Positions 56,568 to 64,000 of a DNA stretch of 64,000 nt are shown here, piece by piece (position 1 is the stretch's first letter; every line of letters begins with the position of its first letter). The DNA is from Bacteroidia bacterium (GTDB lineage: Bacteria > Bacteroidota > Bacteroidia > Palsa-965), in assembly GCA_023151315.1 (NCBI GenBank), contig JAKLJE010000012.1, positions 27,584 to 91,583 on the forward strand. The letters are read 5' to 3'. The notes beneath the pieces were generated by a model, which saw only the letters and a program-made list of their open reading frames with translations, was not told where the DNA came from and did not search any database. A program made the translations under genes and the position numbers.

Positions 56568-58721
56568 TTACTTTCCGCTTCGTTTCTTGAATTCACTTAC
56601 TCCTGATTTCAGCAGGTTGGAATACTGGGTAACATCAGGTGTGTATGGAATAGGAGGAAGGAGTGTTTTTTCGTTATGATCGAGTAAAACATATAATGGC
56701 TGCGCATTACTTCCGTAACGGTCAATCTGCATCTGACTCCATTTATTTCCCCATGTTTTAATCTTTATTCCGTCAGGAGTTGTGTATTGCAGGTTTTCCG
56801 GCATTGCTTCTTTGTCGTCGCAGTATAATGACACAAGCACGTAATCATCGCTCAACTGACGCAGTACTTCCGGCTGCGGCCACACGTTATCTTCCATACG
56901 ACGGCAATTTGCGCAATTGTATCCTGTGAAATCCACAAACAAAGGCTTGCCTACTTTCTTTGCATAAGCGAGTGCAGCATCGTAATTATGGAAGCAGTTC
57001 AGGTTAAGCGGACAATGCGCAGGATCCACACCTTCCGGCAATGCTTCTCCGTCTGATTTAGCTGTTGTTTTCGATCCGCTGAAAGCTGCGATGTTTTCAC
57101 TGTAATAGGAAGGAGGAAGAATTCCGCTCAGCATACGAACAGGCGCTCCCCACAATCCCGGAATCATATACATCACAAAAGCGAATGTAATGATGGCGAA
57201 AGTGATTCGCGGTACAGAGATAAACGGCAGATCACTGTCGTGTGAGAATTTGAGTTTCCCGAGAAGATAGAATCCGATGAGCGAGAAGCAAACGATCCAC
57301 ACCGCAAGGAAAATTTCACGGGTTACAATTCCCCAGTGGTAAGAAAGGTCAACGTTGGAAAGGAACTTCAAAGCAAGTGCGAATTCCAAAAGTCCCATTA
57401 CCACTTTAACAGAGTTAAGCCAGCCTCCAGATTTCGGAAGTGAATTCAACCATCCCGGGAACATCGCGAACAACGCGAATGGCAATGCAAGTGCAATTGA
57501 GAAACCAAGCATCACGAACAATGGACCTGTAATTCCGGCTTTGGTTGCTTCTACAAGTGCTGTTCCTACTATCGGACCTGTGCATGAGAATGAAACAAGT
57601 GACAGCGTAAACGCCATGAAGAAAATTCCCATCAAACCGCCTTTGTCTGAAGCACGGTCGATCTTATTCACGAATGCTGATGGTAATGTAATTTCAAATG
57701 CTCCGAGGAATGAAACACCGAATACGATGAACACCAGGAAGAAGATCAGGTTGAACCAGATGTTGGCACTGAGCTGATTCAATGTTTGCGGATCTCCTGT
57801 TGCAAGCGTTACAAGCAATCCGAGTGATACATAAATTCCAATGATGGACAACGCATAAATAAGTGCATCGCGGATTCCTTTCTTTCTGTTCTTAGCGCGT
57901 TTCGTGAAGAAACTCACAGTCATCGGAATCATCGGGAATACGCATGGCGTAATCAATGCAAGCAATCCGCCTGCGAATCCGCCGCCGAATGCAGTCCAGA
58001 TGGATTTATCTTTCAACTCACCCGATTGGGGAGCAACCGATGCGGTATCACTGTTCTCCGGAGTAATTGCCGTTGCAACAGAATCTGTATTGTGGTTGCT
58101 TGTGTCCGATGTTGTTGTTCCGCCGGTCAGCGTTGCGATCACCTGATTCAGACTGTCGCAATTACAGCTTCCGCCATTAGTGTTCGCTCCGTTTTCCGGA
58201 TTTACATTTTGCGAAGCGTCACCGGGTTTGCCTTGTACATTAAATGTAAATGCAGGTTGCGGAAAGAAGTTCACACATTGCTGATCGCTGCAAACCATTC
58301 CGTCAATAACACCTGTAATTTTTACCGGCTTGTCTGTTTTTACTTTGATTCGCTGCTTGAAAACGGCTTTGTCTTCAAAGTATTTGATCACCTGATTGTC
58401 AAATACAGGTTCAGCCTTTTCAATTCCTTTCGGCTCGGTTGCTTTACCGACCAAAACGTAATCCGGACTTGGATCAAAAAGGAATGCCGTAGGAAGCGGG
58501 CCGTCTTTTACTTCAACCTGCGAATACAGATGCCAATGTTTATCAATTGTTGCAGTGAAAATCAGATCGAATTCAGAATCATTGATCTGTTTGGTGGAAT
58601 AACTCCATGAACAATGCAGATCCGGTTTTTGCGCATACAGATTGCTGCCGCTGAATAATAAAGTAAGCAACGCAATCATTGCGCTGAATCCAAATGTTCT
58701 TTTCATCACAATTCGCTTCAT
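56568..58721 (-). CDS. dsbD: Thiol:disulfide interchange protein DsbD (alpha domain, CcdA-like TM core, thioredoxin gamma domain).
   Basis: N-terminal alpha domain with CSDQQC. TM core with LITPCVFPMIP. C-terminal thioredoxin domain with YNCANC. The alternative start MKRTFGFS lies 5 codons downstream. Confidence 0.85.
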   Translation of the reverse strand: MKRIVMKRTFGFSAMIALLTLLFSGSNLYAQKPDLHCSWSYSTKQINDSEFDLIFTATIDKHWHLYSQVEVKDGPLPTAFLFDPSPDYVLVGKATEPKGIEKAEPVFDNQVIKYFEDKAVFKQRIKVKTDKPVKITGVIDGMVCSDQQCVNFFPQPAFTFNVQGKPGDASQNVNPENGANTNGGSCNCDSLNQVIATLTGGTTTSDTSNHNTDSVATAITPENSDTASVAPQSGELKDKSIWTAFGGGFAGGLLALITPCVFPMIPMTVSFFTKRAKNRKKGIRDALIYALSIIGIYVSLGLLVTLATGDPQTLNQLSANIWFNLIFFLVFIVFGVSFLGAFEITLPSAFVNKIDRASDKGGLMGIFFMAFTLSLVSFSCTGPIVGTALVEATKAGITGPLFVMLGFSIALALPFALFAMFPGWLNSLPKSGGWLNSVKVVMGLLEFALALKFLSNVDLSYHWGIVTREIFLAVWIVCFSLIGFYLLGKLKFSHDSDLPFISVPRITFAIITFAFVMYMIPGLWGAPVRMLSGILPPSYYSENIAAFSGSKTTAKSDGEALPEGVDPAHCPLNLNCFHNYDAALAYAKKVGKPLFVDFTGYNCANCRRMEDNVWPQPEVLRQLSDDYVLVSLYCDDKEAMPENLQYTTPDGIKIKTWGNKWSQMQIDRYGSNAQPLYVLLDHNEKTLLPPIPYTPDVTQYSNLLKSGVSEFKKRSGK

Positions 58722-58827
58722 ATTTTCTTCGGTTGAAGTATTGATGCGGCTAAGTTAACGGTATTAAACATCTTGCTGATGCGCGGACAGAACATGCAAA
58801 CAATCAGTCAAAATCGCTCAGTTCTGT

Positions 58828-58862
58828 AAAAATAAAAAGAGGCTGTCCCTTAAACAGCCTCT
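58828..58862 (-). terminator. Intrinsic terminator of the DsbD-alpha-like gene.
   Basis: AGAGGCTGT and ACAGCCTCT form a perfect 9-bp stem with loop CCCTTAA. On the minus strand it is followed by TTTTTATTTTT. Confidence 0.7.
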
Positions 58863-58883
58863 TTAACATAGTTTTCAAAACAC

Positions 58884-59369
58884 TTACTGTATGGTAATCT
58901 CAAAATCTTCGTCGTCAGGTGAAAGACTTTCTCCTGTGCGGTTGAGCATGTAGTTTGCAACAGCCTTAATAATGAAGTTGTTTGCGCCGTCTTTAATTTT
59001 AATATGCTGAATGTAATGAACTTGTCCTTCCAGACACGTCACTTCAAAGCCATATTGAGAATCATAGAAATTGGTTGTCTTCCCTGATTCTTTAAGTTCT
59101 CCAACCAATTCATATGAATCTGAAGGATCGAAATCAATCGTTGTTGCCAAAGGACCGTCTTTTCCTACCATTGATTTGGAGTAAATCTTCCATCCGGCAG
59201 GAACTGAACCGATAAAATGTACATCCGCCTCATTATTCTGCTGGTGTACTACATAGCTCGACCATTTAACGCGAACAGCATTGGTTTGCTTAAAACTGCC
59301 CATTAAGATGATTGAGGAAAGGAGAATCGCAACAAGCGAAACTCTTGAAACTAACCCTGATGCCTTCAT
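58884..59369 (-). CDS. Stand-alone DsbD N-terminal (alpha) domain-like secreted protein.
   Basis: Signal peptide followed by VRVKWSSYVVHQ...GWKIYSKSMVGKDGPLATTIDFDPSDSYELVG. This parallels HCSWSYSTKQ...HWHLYSQVEVKDGPLPTAFLFDPSPDYVLVG of the adjacent DsbD. Only one Cys is retained. Confidence 0.55.
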   Translation of the reverse strand: MKASGLVSRVSLVAILLSSIILMGSFKQTNAVRVKWSSYVVHQQNNEADVHFIGSVPAGWKIYSKSMVGKDGPLATTIDFDPSDSYELVGELKESGKTTNFYDSQYGFEVTCLEGQVHYIQHIKIKDGANNFIIKAVANYMLNRTGESLSPDDEDFEITIQ

Positions 59370-59499
59370 TTTCAGCTTTTTAGTTAAAATAAAGGGCAGA
59401 TATTGTGCCTCCTGCCTTAAAACAAAGGTAAGAAACAAAAAGTTATTAACAAAATAATGTTGAAGGGAATAATCGGCGATTTTAAGCTAAAATCGCAGG

Positions 59500-59793
59500 T
59501 TAGGTAATAATCTGATGAATACGACGAATCGGAATCACCATTCCGCTCTTAAGAATGATACGTTCCTCTGTTACTGCCCAAATGGTGGTTTCCACCTGCT
59601 TCATTCCTGTCATATCTGAGAATATGATTTTCACTTTGGAATGATCCACGTTGCCCAATATAAGCGCACGATCCAGCTCATTTCTCCTCTGTCGGCGTTC
59701 GTCCGCGTTGGATAAAACATCTTCTTTAGGAAAGCTCATTTCGCTGATAGTTTCCTTTTCGATTTTCTGGATGTTGGTAGCTGAGAACGACAT
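59500..59793 (-). CDS. Small hypothetical protein, 97 aa.
   Basis: Complete ORF with no signal peptide. I recognise no family. Confidence 0.4.
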   Translation of the reverse strand: MSFSATNIQKIEKETISEMSFPKEDVLSNADERRQRRNELDRALILGNVDHSKVKIIFSDMTGMKQVETTIWAVTEERIILKSGMVIPIRRIHQIIT

Positions 59794-59922
59794 GGGAGTG
59801 TGTTTTGATGCGTGTGTATACGTTTTACGTAAAATTGCGATAAGAGTTCAGCGACTCCCGCATGTAAATAGGGACGAGTTATACCCAACTTTCACAATTA
59901 ATAGAAAATCCTCTAAATCTTA

Positions 59923-60471
59923 TCAATTTTCAGGGTTTTGACGTTGTGTGTGCAACAGGCTTCTCAGTATTTGAACCAATTCACCCGATTTCTGCGTGCC
60001 GATTCTGTAAATCTCTCCGGCGTTATCACGGATTTCAACGAATTCGTTGCCCCAGGTATAAAACCTGATCTTGCCCTTAATTTTCAAATTGAAAACCGGT
60101 CGCGCAAAAATTGTAGGTCGTACCGTCACTTTTCTGACTTGAACAATCGATTGAATCGGGATCTCAACTATTCTTCCCGCAAGCTTCCCTTTAATTCTGA
60201 TGATTCGATTGTCCACTTTGATTTTCATGTGAGGAACAAACAACAGAATCACCGACAATGCAACTAACGCTAATCCCAGTACGAAAAAGAGTTCACCGTA
60301 TCTCACATCACCCGGATATTCACCAATGTGAATCATCGCCACGTCAACCGGTTTCGGGTTTTCAGACCAGTAATAAGCAACGAAGCAAAATACACTCAGA
60401 AGCAATCGCCTGATCATGGAGTGTTTGTTGAGACCATGATATTGCTGTTCTTCAAAAATCAGTTTTTCCAT
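59923..60471 (-). CDS. Membrane protein with a bacterial PH (bPH_2/YdbS-like) domain.
   Basis: Two TM helices followed by a beta-rich PH-like domain. Start at ATG (MEKLIF), which overlaps the 3' end of tilS by 13 nt. Confidence 0.5.
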   Translation of the reverse strand: MEKLIFEEQQYHGLNKHSMIRRLLLSVFCFVAYYWSENPKPVDVAMIHIGEYPGDVRYGELFFVLGLALVALSVILLFVPHMKIKVDNRIIRIKGKLAGRIVEIPIQSIVQVRKVTVRPTIFARPVFNLKIKGKIRFYTWGNEFVEIRDNAGEIYRIGTQKSGELVQILRSLLHTQRQNPEN

Positions 60472-61775
60472 GATAAATGAATTACTGTTGTTGAAGAAGG
60501 TGTGACTTTGTATTTGTCGGCAATTCTGTATCCCGGCACCCAAACAATTTCATTATTGAAAACCACAACAGGATAATTTCTTTTAAGATGCGACGGAACC
60601 TGAATTTCATTCAGCACATCACTGATTTTTTTTGTGCCTGAAAATCCGAAAGGAACAAATGCATCTCCGGTTTCCCATTGTCGTACTTCAAGTTCTCCCG
60701 CGCCCGGATCAATACTCAGGAGTGCATCATATCCGCGAAATTCTCGAGGATCTGCTCCACTGATAATGCGACAGCTCCAACCATTATGTGTAACTGAGTC
60801 GGGCTGCAGGCGGAATGAAATAAATTCATCACTGTTTTCCTGTTTCAGAATAAAATCTTCGCGATCCACATGCAGCGACATTCTATTGGAGAGGAATTTC
60901 TTACCGGTTTGCAGTTCGAAAAGTGAGTCGAATGTTGCTTCGTCGAAGTAAAAATCAAATCCTTCCTCTCTCAGCAAATGATTGAACAGCAATCTCGGTT
61001 CCGGACTATGCCGCAGTGAACTTTTCCTGAAGTGTATTCCGTCTTTATGCGGTGTTGCAATTTGTTCTGCAAATGAATCGGCAAGAGCATTCAACAATGC
61101 ACTTTCATCCGCAAGGTTGTCAATTGAATTTTTCCAACCTTCTCCGTTCCGTTCATCACATTCATTAAGCACCGGAATCAGGTGGTGACGGATTCTGTTG
61201 CGGAGGTACGCATCAGAGCTGTTGGAAGAATCTTCTCTCCAGCTGATATTTTTCTGTGTGAGATAATTTCTCAGTTCAGTGCCTGAAACATTCAGAAACG
61301 GGCGAACAACTTTTCCTTCGTGAAATTTCATTCCGCTCATTCCGTTAATTCCGGATCCACGCAGAAAATTCATGAGCACCGTTTCCAGTTGATCGTCGGC
61401 ATGATGGGCAGTAGCGATGAAATTGATTTGTTCCGTTTCAATTATAGTGTGAAAGAAATCGTAACGGATTTTCCGTGCCGCATTCTGAAGATTAGAAGAA
61501 ATGGAATCAAGCTCGGCCTGCGATGTTTGCCGGATGTACAACGGAACGTTAAGTGTTGTGCACAAATCAGAAACGAACTTTTCATCTCCGCCGGATTCGA
61601 CACCACGCAAATTGTAATTCACATGAGCAACGCAAAACGGGATTTCGCATTCCCGTAATGCATGAACGAGAGCAACCGAATCAGCACCTCCTGAACATGC
61701 GGCAAGAACGGTTTGCCCCGAATGGAAACCGCAACGCGTTAATAAACTATTCCGAAGATGATCCGCAATATTCAT
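60459..61775 (-). CDS. tilS: tRNA(Ile)-lysidine synthetase TilS.
   Basis: PP-loop LAACSGGADSVAL. About 439 aa from ATG (MNIADHL). Confidence 0.85.
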   Translation of the reverse strand: MNIADHLRNSLLTRCGFHSGQTVLAACSGGADSVALVHALRECEIPFCVAHVNYNLRGVESGGDEKFVSDLCTTLNVPLYIRQTSQAELDSISSNLQNAARKIRYDFFHTIIETEQINFIATAHHADDQLETVLMNFLRGSGINGMSGMKFHEGKVVRPFLNVSGTELRNYLTQKNISWREDSSNSSDAYLRNRIRHHLIPVLNECDERNGEGWKNSIDNLADESALLNALADSFAEQIATPHKDGIHFRKSSLRHSPEPRLLFNHLLREEGFDFYFDEATFDSLFELQTGKKFLSNRMSLHVDREDFILKQENSDEFISFRLQPDSVTHNGWSCRIISGADPREFRGYDALLSIDPGAGELEVRQWETGDAFVPFGFSGTKKISDVLNEIQVPSHLKRNYPVVVFNNEIVWVPGYRIADKYKVTPSSTTVIHLSWKN

Positions 61776-61789
61776 TTCCCTGTTCTTGA

Positions 61790-63055
61790 TCAGGCATTTT
61801 CGATTACTCGTTTCATCGCTTCCATTTTCAGCATGCACTCTTCATATTCGAGGTCAGGATCTGAAAGTGATGTTATGGCACTCCCGGCCATTACTGAAAG
61901 ATAACCCGTTTTTGCATTCCAAGTGATGCTTCTGATCACAACGTTGAAATCAAAATCGCCATTTGGACTGATTACACCTACGGTTCCGGAATAGATTCCT
62001 CTGGATTGCGTTTCAAATTCTTCAGCAAGTTGGAGTGCACGTCGTTTCGGCGCTCCTGTCATTGATCCCATTGGAAATGTGTTCCTGATGATTTCTGAAG
62101 TTGTAACGTTGCTGTTAACGCTGCAACGCACGGTTGAAATCATCTGATGAACAGTTTTGAAAGTATAAATTCCAAACAGCTCTGCAACCTCCACCGTTCC
62201 TCGTTCAGCAATTCTGGACAAATCATTTCTGACGAGATCAACGATCATCACATTTTCCGCGCGTTCTTTTGCATCATTCCGGAGTTCATCTTTCAGTCGC
62301 GCATCTTCAATCGTATCGTTGCTCCGTTTGCGCGTACCTTTTATCGGCTGCGAAATAAGCGTTGACCCTGTTCTGTTCATATATCGTTCCGGACTTCCGC
62401 AAATGAGCCAGGAGTTGTTGAATTTATATAACGCACCGAAAGGCGCATCCGTCAATTCCATCAGACTTAGAAAGGCATTAGCCGGATTGAATTCAGTATT
62501 CATTGCGCTGAAGCCCTGACAAAAATTTACCTCGTAAATGTCGCCACGCTGAATATGCCTTAGCAACGATTGCACTCTTGAAATGTATTCTTTTCTGGTG
62601 AGATGTGGTTGTAATTCGACTGAATTCCCGGAAGCTGTTCTCTTTCGGATGTGAGCCAGTCTGTACATGAATGTATTCAGATGAAATTCGCTTTGGTATC
62701 CGATTTCAACGTTGTTGCTTTCGCTGTGGCGAATTACAATTTCCGCATTGAAAAAACCATAATCAGGAAATCCATCAACGTTTGGGAATTGGCAGCGAAC
62801 ATCTGCAGTAGCGGATTTAAAGTTGTACCCGACGTGTCCGAAAACGTACTCATTCCTAGTAGGGTTTTTCAGATCAAGTGCAGCTTCAAAAGTTGCATTT
62901 GTTTCAGAATCGGAAAACGCTGCGATCACGCCGGTTTTCCACCCGTTCGCAGATTTGTTGAAGAATATCGCGTGTTTGTATGCAGAAGTTGCATCGGTCA
63001 GGTTTTCATTTGTGAATAGTCCGGCCATTTCCGGTGCAACCAGTTCGAACTTCAT
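61790..63055 (-). CDS. pabB: Aminodeoxychorismate synthase component I / anthranilate-synthase component I family (chorismate-binding) protein.
   Basis: Chorismate-binding motifs PMGSMTGAPKRRALQL and RGIYSGTVG. Start at ATG (MKFEL) with GGAGA 8 nt upstream; the first track codon is TTG. Confidence 0.75.
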   Translation of the reverse strand: MKFELVAPEMAGLFTNENLTDATSAYKHAIFFNKSANGWKTGVIAAFSDSETNATFEAALDLKNPTRNEYVFGHVGYNFKSATADVRCQFPNVDGFPDYGFFNAEIVIRHSESNNVEIGYQSEFHLNTFMYRLAHIRKRTASGNSVELQPHLTRKEYISRVQSLLRHIQRGDIYEVNFCQGFSAMNTEFNPANAFLSLMELTDAPFGALYKFNNSWLICGSPERYMNRTGSTLISQPIKGTRKRSNDTIEDARLKDELRNDAKERAENVMIVDLVRNDLSRIAERGTVEVAELFGIYTFKTVHQMISTVRCSVNSNVTTSEIIRNTFPMGSMTGAPKRRALQLAEEFETQSRGIYSGTVGVISPNGDFDFNVVIRSITWNAKTGYLSVMAGSAITSLSDPDLEYEECMLKMEAMKRVIENA

Positions 63056-63212
63056 TGGGTAAATCTCCGAAAAAAAAGCGATTTTCAACGAATAACGCGA
63101 TATTAACAGGAGTGAGGCCGTTGTTAATTTTCACTGACTATTTTCGCTTCCAAAAATTGGAAAGATCGGTGTGTTTTTACGTAACTTGCGTACCTGAATA
63201 ACCTCCTACCCA

Positions 63213-64000
63213 ATGAAGAAAATTTACGTTTTGGCTGTTACAGCCTGTTCTATTCTTGCGTCAGAAGTAAGTGGACAAAATGTAGCAATTAACGCTACCG
63301 GAGCAGCTCCAGCGGCTTCCGCGATGCTTGATGTCGCATCTACAACCACCGGTATTTTGATTCCCCGAATGACATCGGCGCAAAGAACTGCAATTGCCGC
63401 TCCTGCAACCGGCCTGCAGGTGTATGACACAACTACAGGAACTTTCTGGTATTATGATGGTACACAGTGGTTGGAAATGCTCAATGGCAGTATCGGATGG
63501 AGGCTCACAGGAAATTCTATCGCTGCTGCAAATTTCATTGGTACAACCAACGCGCAGCCGTTCCGCTTCTACGCAAATAACGTTGAACGTATGCGTATCA
63601 ACCCAACAGATGGAGAAGTCGTGGCAGGAGCTACCGCATCACCGTATGCGGGAGATATGATCGCGGCAGTCGGTTCGGCCGCACTTCCATTCGCTGTGAA
63701 TGGTTACAGCGCACAAAACGGTTCCGGCACTTGGGGTGAGATTCTTGCTGCTGGTACAACAGCATTTTCTGCCGTTCAAGGTGTATACGGTGGTAGCGGT
63801 GCAGGAGCCGGCTCACTTGGAAACTATAATGGAACGAATACATCAAATGTGCGTGCCGGAGTGTATGGTGTAGCAAGTACACCTGCTGCCAGTGCTGGAG
63901 GAGCCGGTGTTTACGGATACAGCGCAATGACAAGTGGAAATGCGCACATGGGTGTTTTAGGATTTTACAATGGATCTTCATTCGGGCTTGGTGTTGTTGG
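63213..64000 (+). CDS. 5' portion of a large secreted protein; the ORF continues beyond the window.
   Basis: ATG at 63213, then signal peptide MKKIYVLAVTACSILASEVSGQ, then ...GILIPRMTSAQRTAIAAPATGLQVYDTTTGTFWYYDGTQW and Gly/Ala/Thr-rich repeats. No stop before 64000. It is absent from the ORF track because it is incomplete. Confidence 0.6.
   Translation, partial: MKKIYVLAVTACSILASEVSGQNVAINATGAAPAASAMLDVASTTTGILIPRMTSAQRTAIAAPATGLQVYDTTTGTFWYYDGTQWLEMLNGSIGWRLTGNSIAAANFIGTTNAQPFRFYANNVERMRINPTDGEVVAGATASPYAGDMIAAVGSAALPFAVNGYSAQNGSGTWGEILAAGTTAFSAVQGVYGGSGAGAGSLGNYNGTNTSNVRAGVYGVASTPAASAGGAGVYGYSAMTSGNAHMGVLGFYNGSSFGLGVV

Noticed and set aside
59500-59793. Fleeting impression that the 97-aa protein might be an Sm/Hfq-like fold.
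   Set aside because: There is no recognisable Sm1/Sm2 motif such as the Hfq YKHAI signature. The resemblance is only to the pattern of beta-strand periodicity, so I leave it as hypothetical.
63089-63212. 15-bp palindrome TTCCAAAAATTGGAA upstream of the last gene.
   Set aside because: It is a short AT-rich palindrome with no T-run or obvious operator context. It could be chance in 45% GC DNA.
63224-63981. Minus-strand ORFs 63224..63430 and 63631..63981 and plus-strand ORF 63394..63660 from the track.
   Set aside because: They overlap a long open plus-strand frame starting at 63213 with a clear signal peptide and conserved motif. The listed ORFs are out-of-frame artefacts.

Overview
This 64-kb window is chromosomal DNA from a Bacteroidota genome, about 45% GC, with dense, mostly core coding content. 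The assignment rests on a gldK-gldL-gldM-gldN gliding/type IX secretion (T9SS) core, PorP/SprF genes, T9SS C-terminal sorting domains and a TopA with a lysine-rich tail.

Gene order, start to end:
- 1-8.2 kb, minus strand: a secreted hypothetical protein, groEL, groES, secG, an acidic TPR-like protein, lptE, a sigma-54 activator without a receiver domain, and miaB.
- 8.3-12.3 kb: topA and an arginase-family gene.
- 12.4-22 kb: a T9SS/gliding core with two PorP/SprF paralogs, then gldK, gldL, gldM, and three tandem gldN paralogs, each with its own terminator and Shine-Dalgarno (SD) sequence.
- 22-26 kb: a DUF2461 protein, an AI-2E transporter and an ABC-F ATPase.
- 25.9-36.5 kb: a histidine operon split into two halves: hisG-hisD-hisC-hisB on one side of an opposite-strand lipase gene and a PabA/TrpG-type amidotransferase-hisH-hisA-hisF-lipoprotein-alpha/beta hydrolase-hisIE on the other.
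- 36.5-42 kb: a MORN-repeat protein, trxB, a DUF4249 lipoprotein and a TonB-dependent receptor.
- 42-46 kb: three tandem Kelch-like beta-propeller proteins with T9SS C-terminal domains, followed by a DUF1653 protein and a YbjN protein.
- 46.7-56.5 kb: a 965-aa outer-membrane beta-barrel protein, a TPR protein with a PMT-like membrane domain, tatC, a carboxymuconolactone decarboxylase family (CMD, AhpD-like) protein, a DUF5686 protein and lptB.
- 56.5-63 kb: dsbD, a stand-alone degenerate DsbD-alpha paralog, a small hypothetical protein, a bacterial PH (bPH) domain protein, tilS and pabB.
- 63.2 kb to the end: the 5' part of a large secreted protein.

The most interesting result is two candidate ribosome-mediated histidine attenuators, which to my knowledge are not generally annotated. 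Each has the same TATATTTGCC promoter box 4 nt before a tiny leader ORF with three consecutive His codons, an antiterminator arm next to the leader stop, and a perfect 8-bp intrinsic terminator just upstream of the first structural gene. One precedes hisG and the other precedes the PabA/TrpG-hisH half.

Other observations worth a second look are unusually strong SD sequences confined to the gld genes, the duplicated PorP/SprF and triplicated gldN, non-His passenger genes translationally fused into the his operon, a cysteine-depleted DsbD-alpha paralog, and several intergenic inverted and direct repeats. I found no tRNA or rRNA genes, CRISPR arrays or mobile elements.
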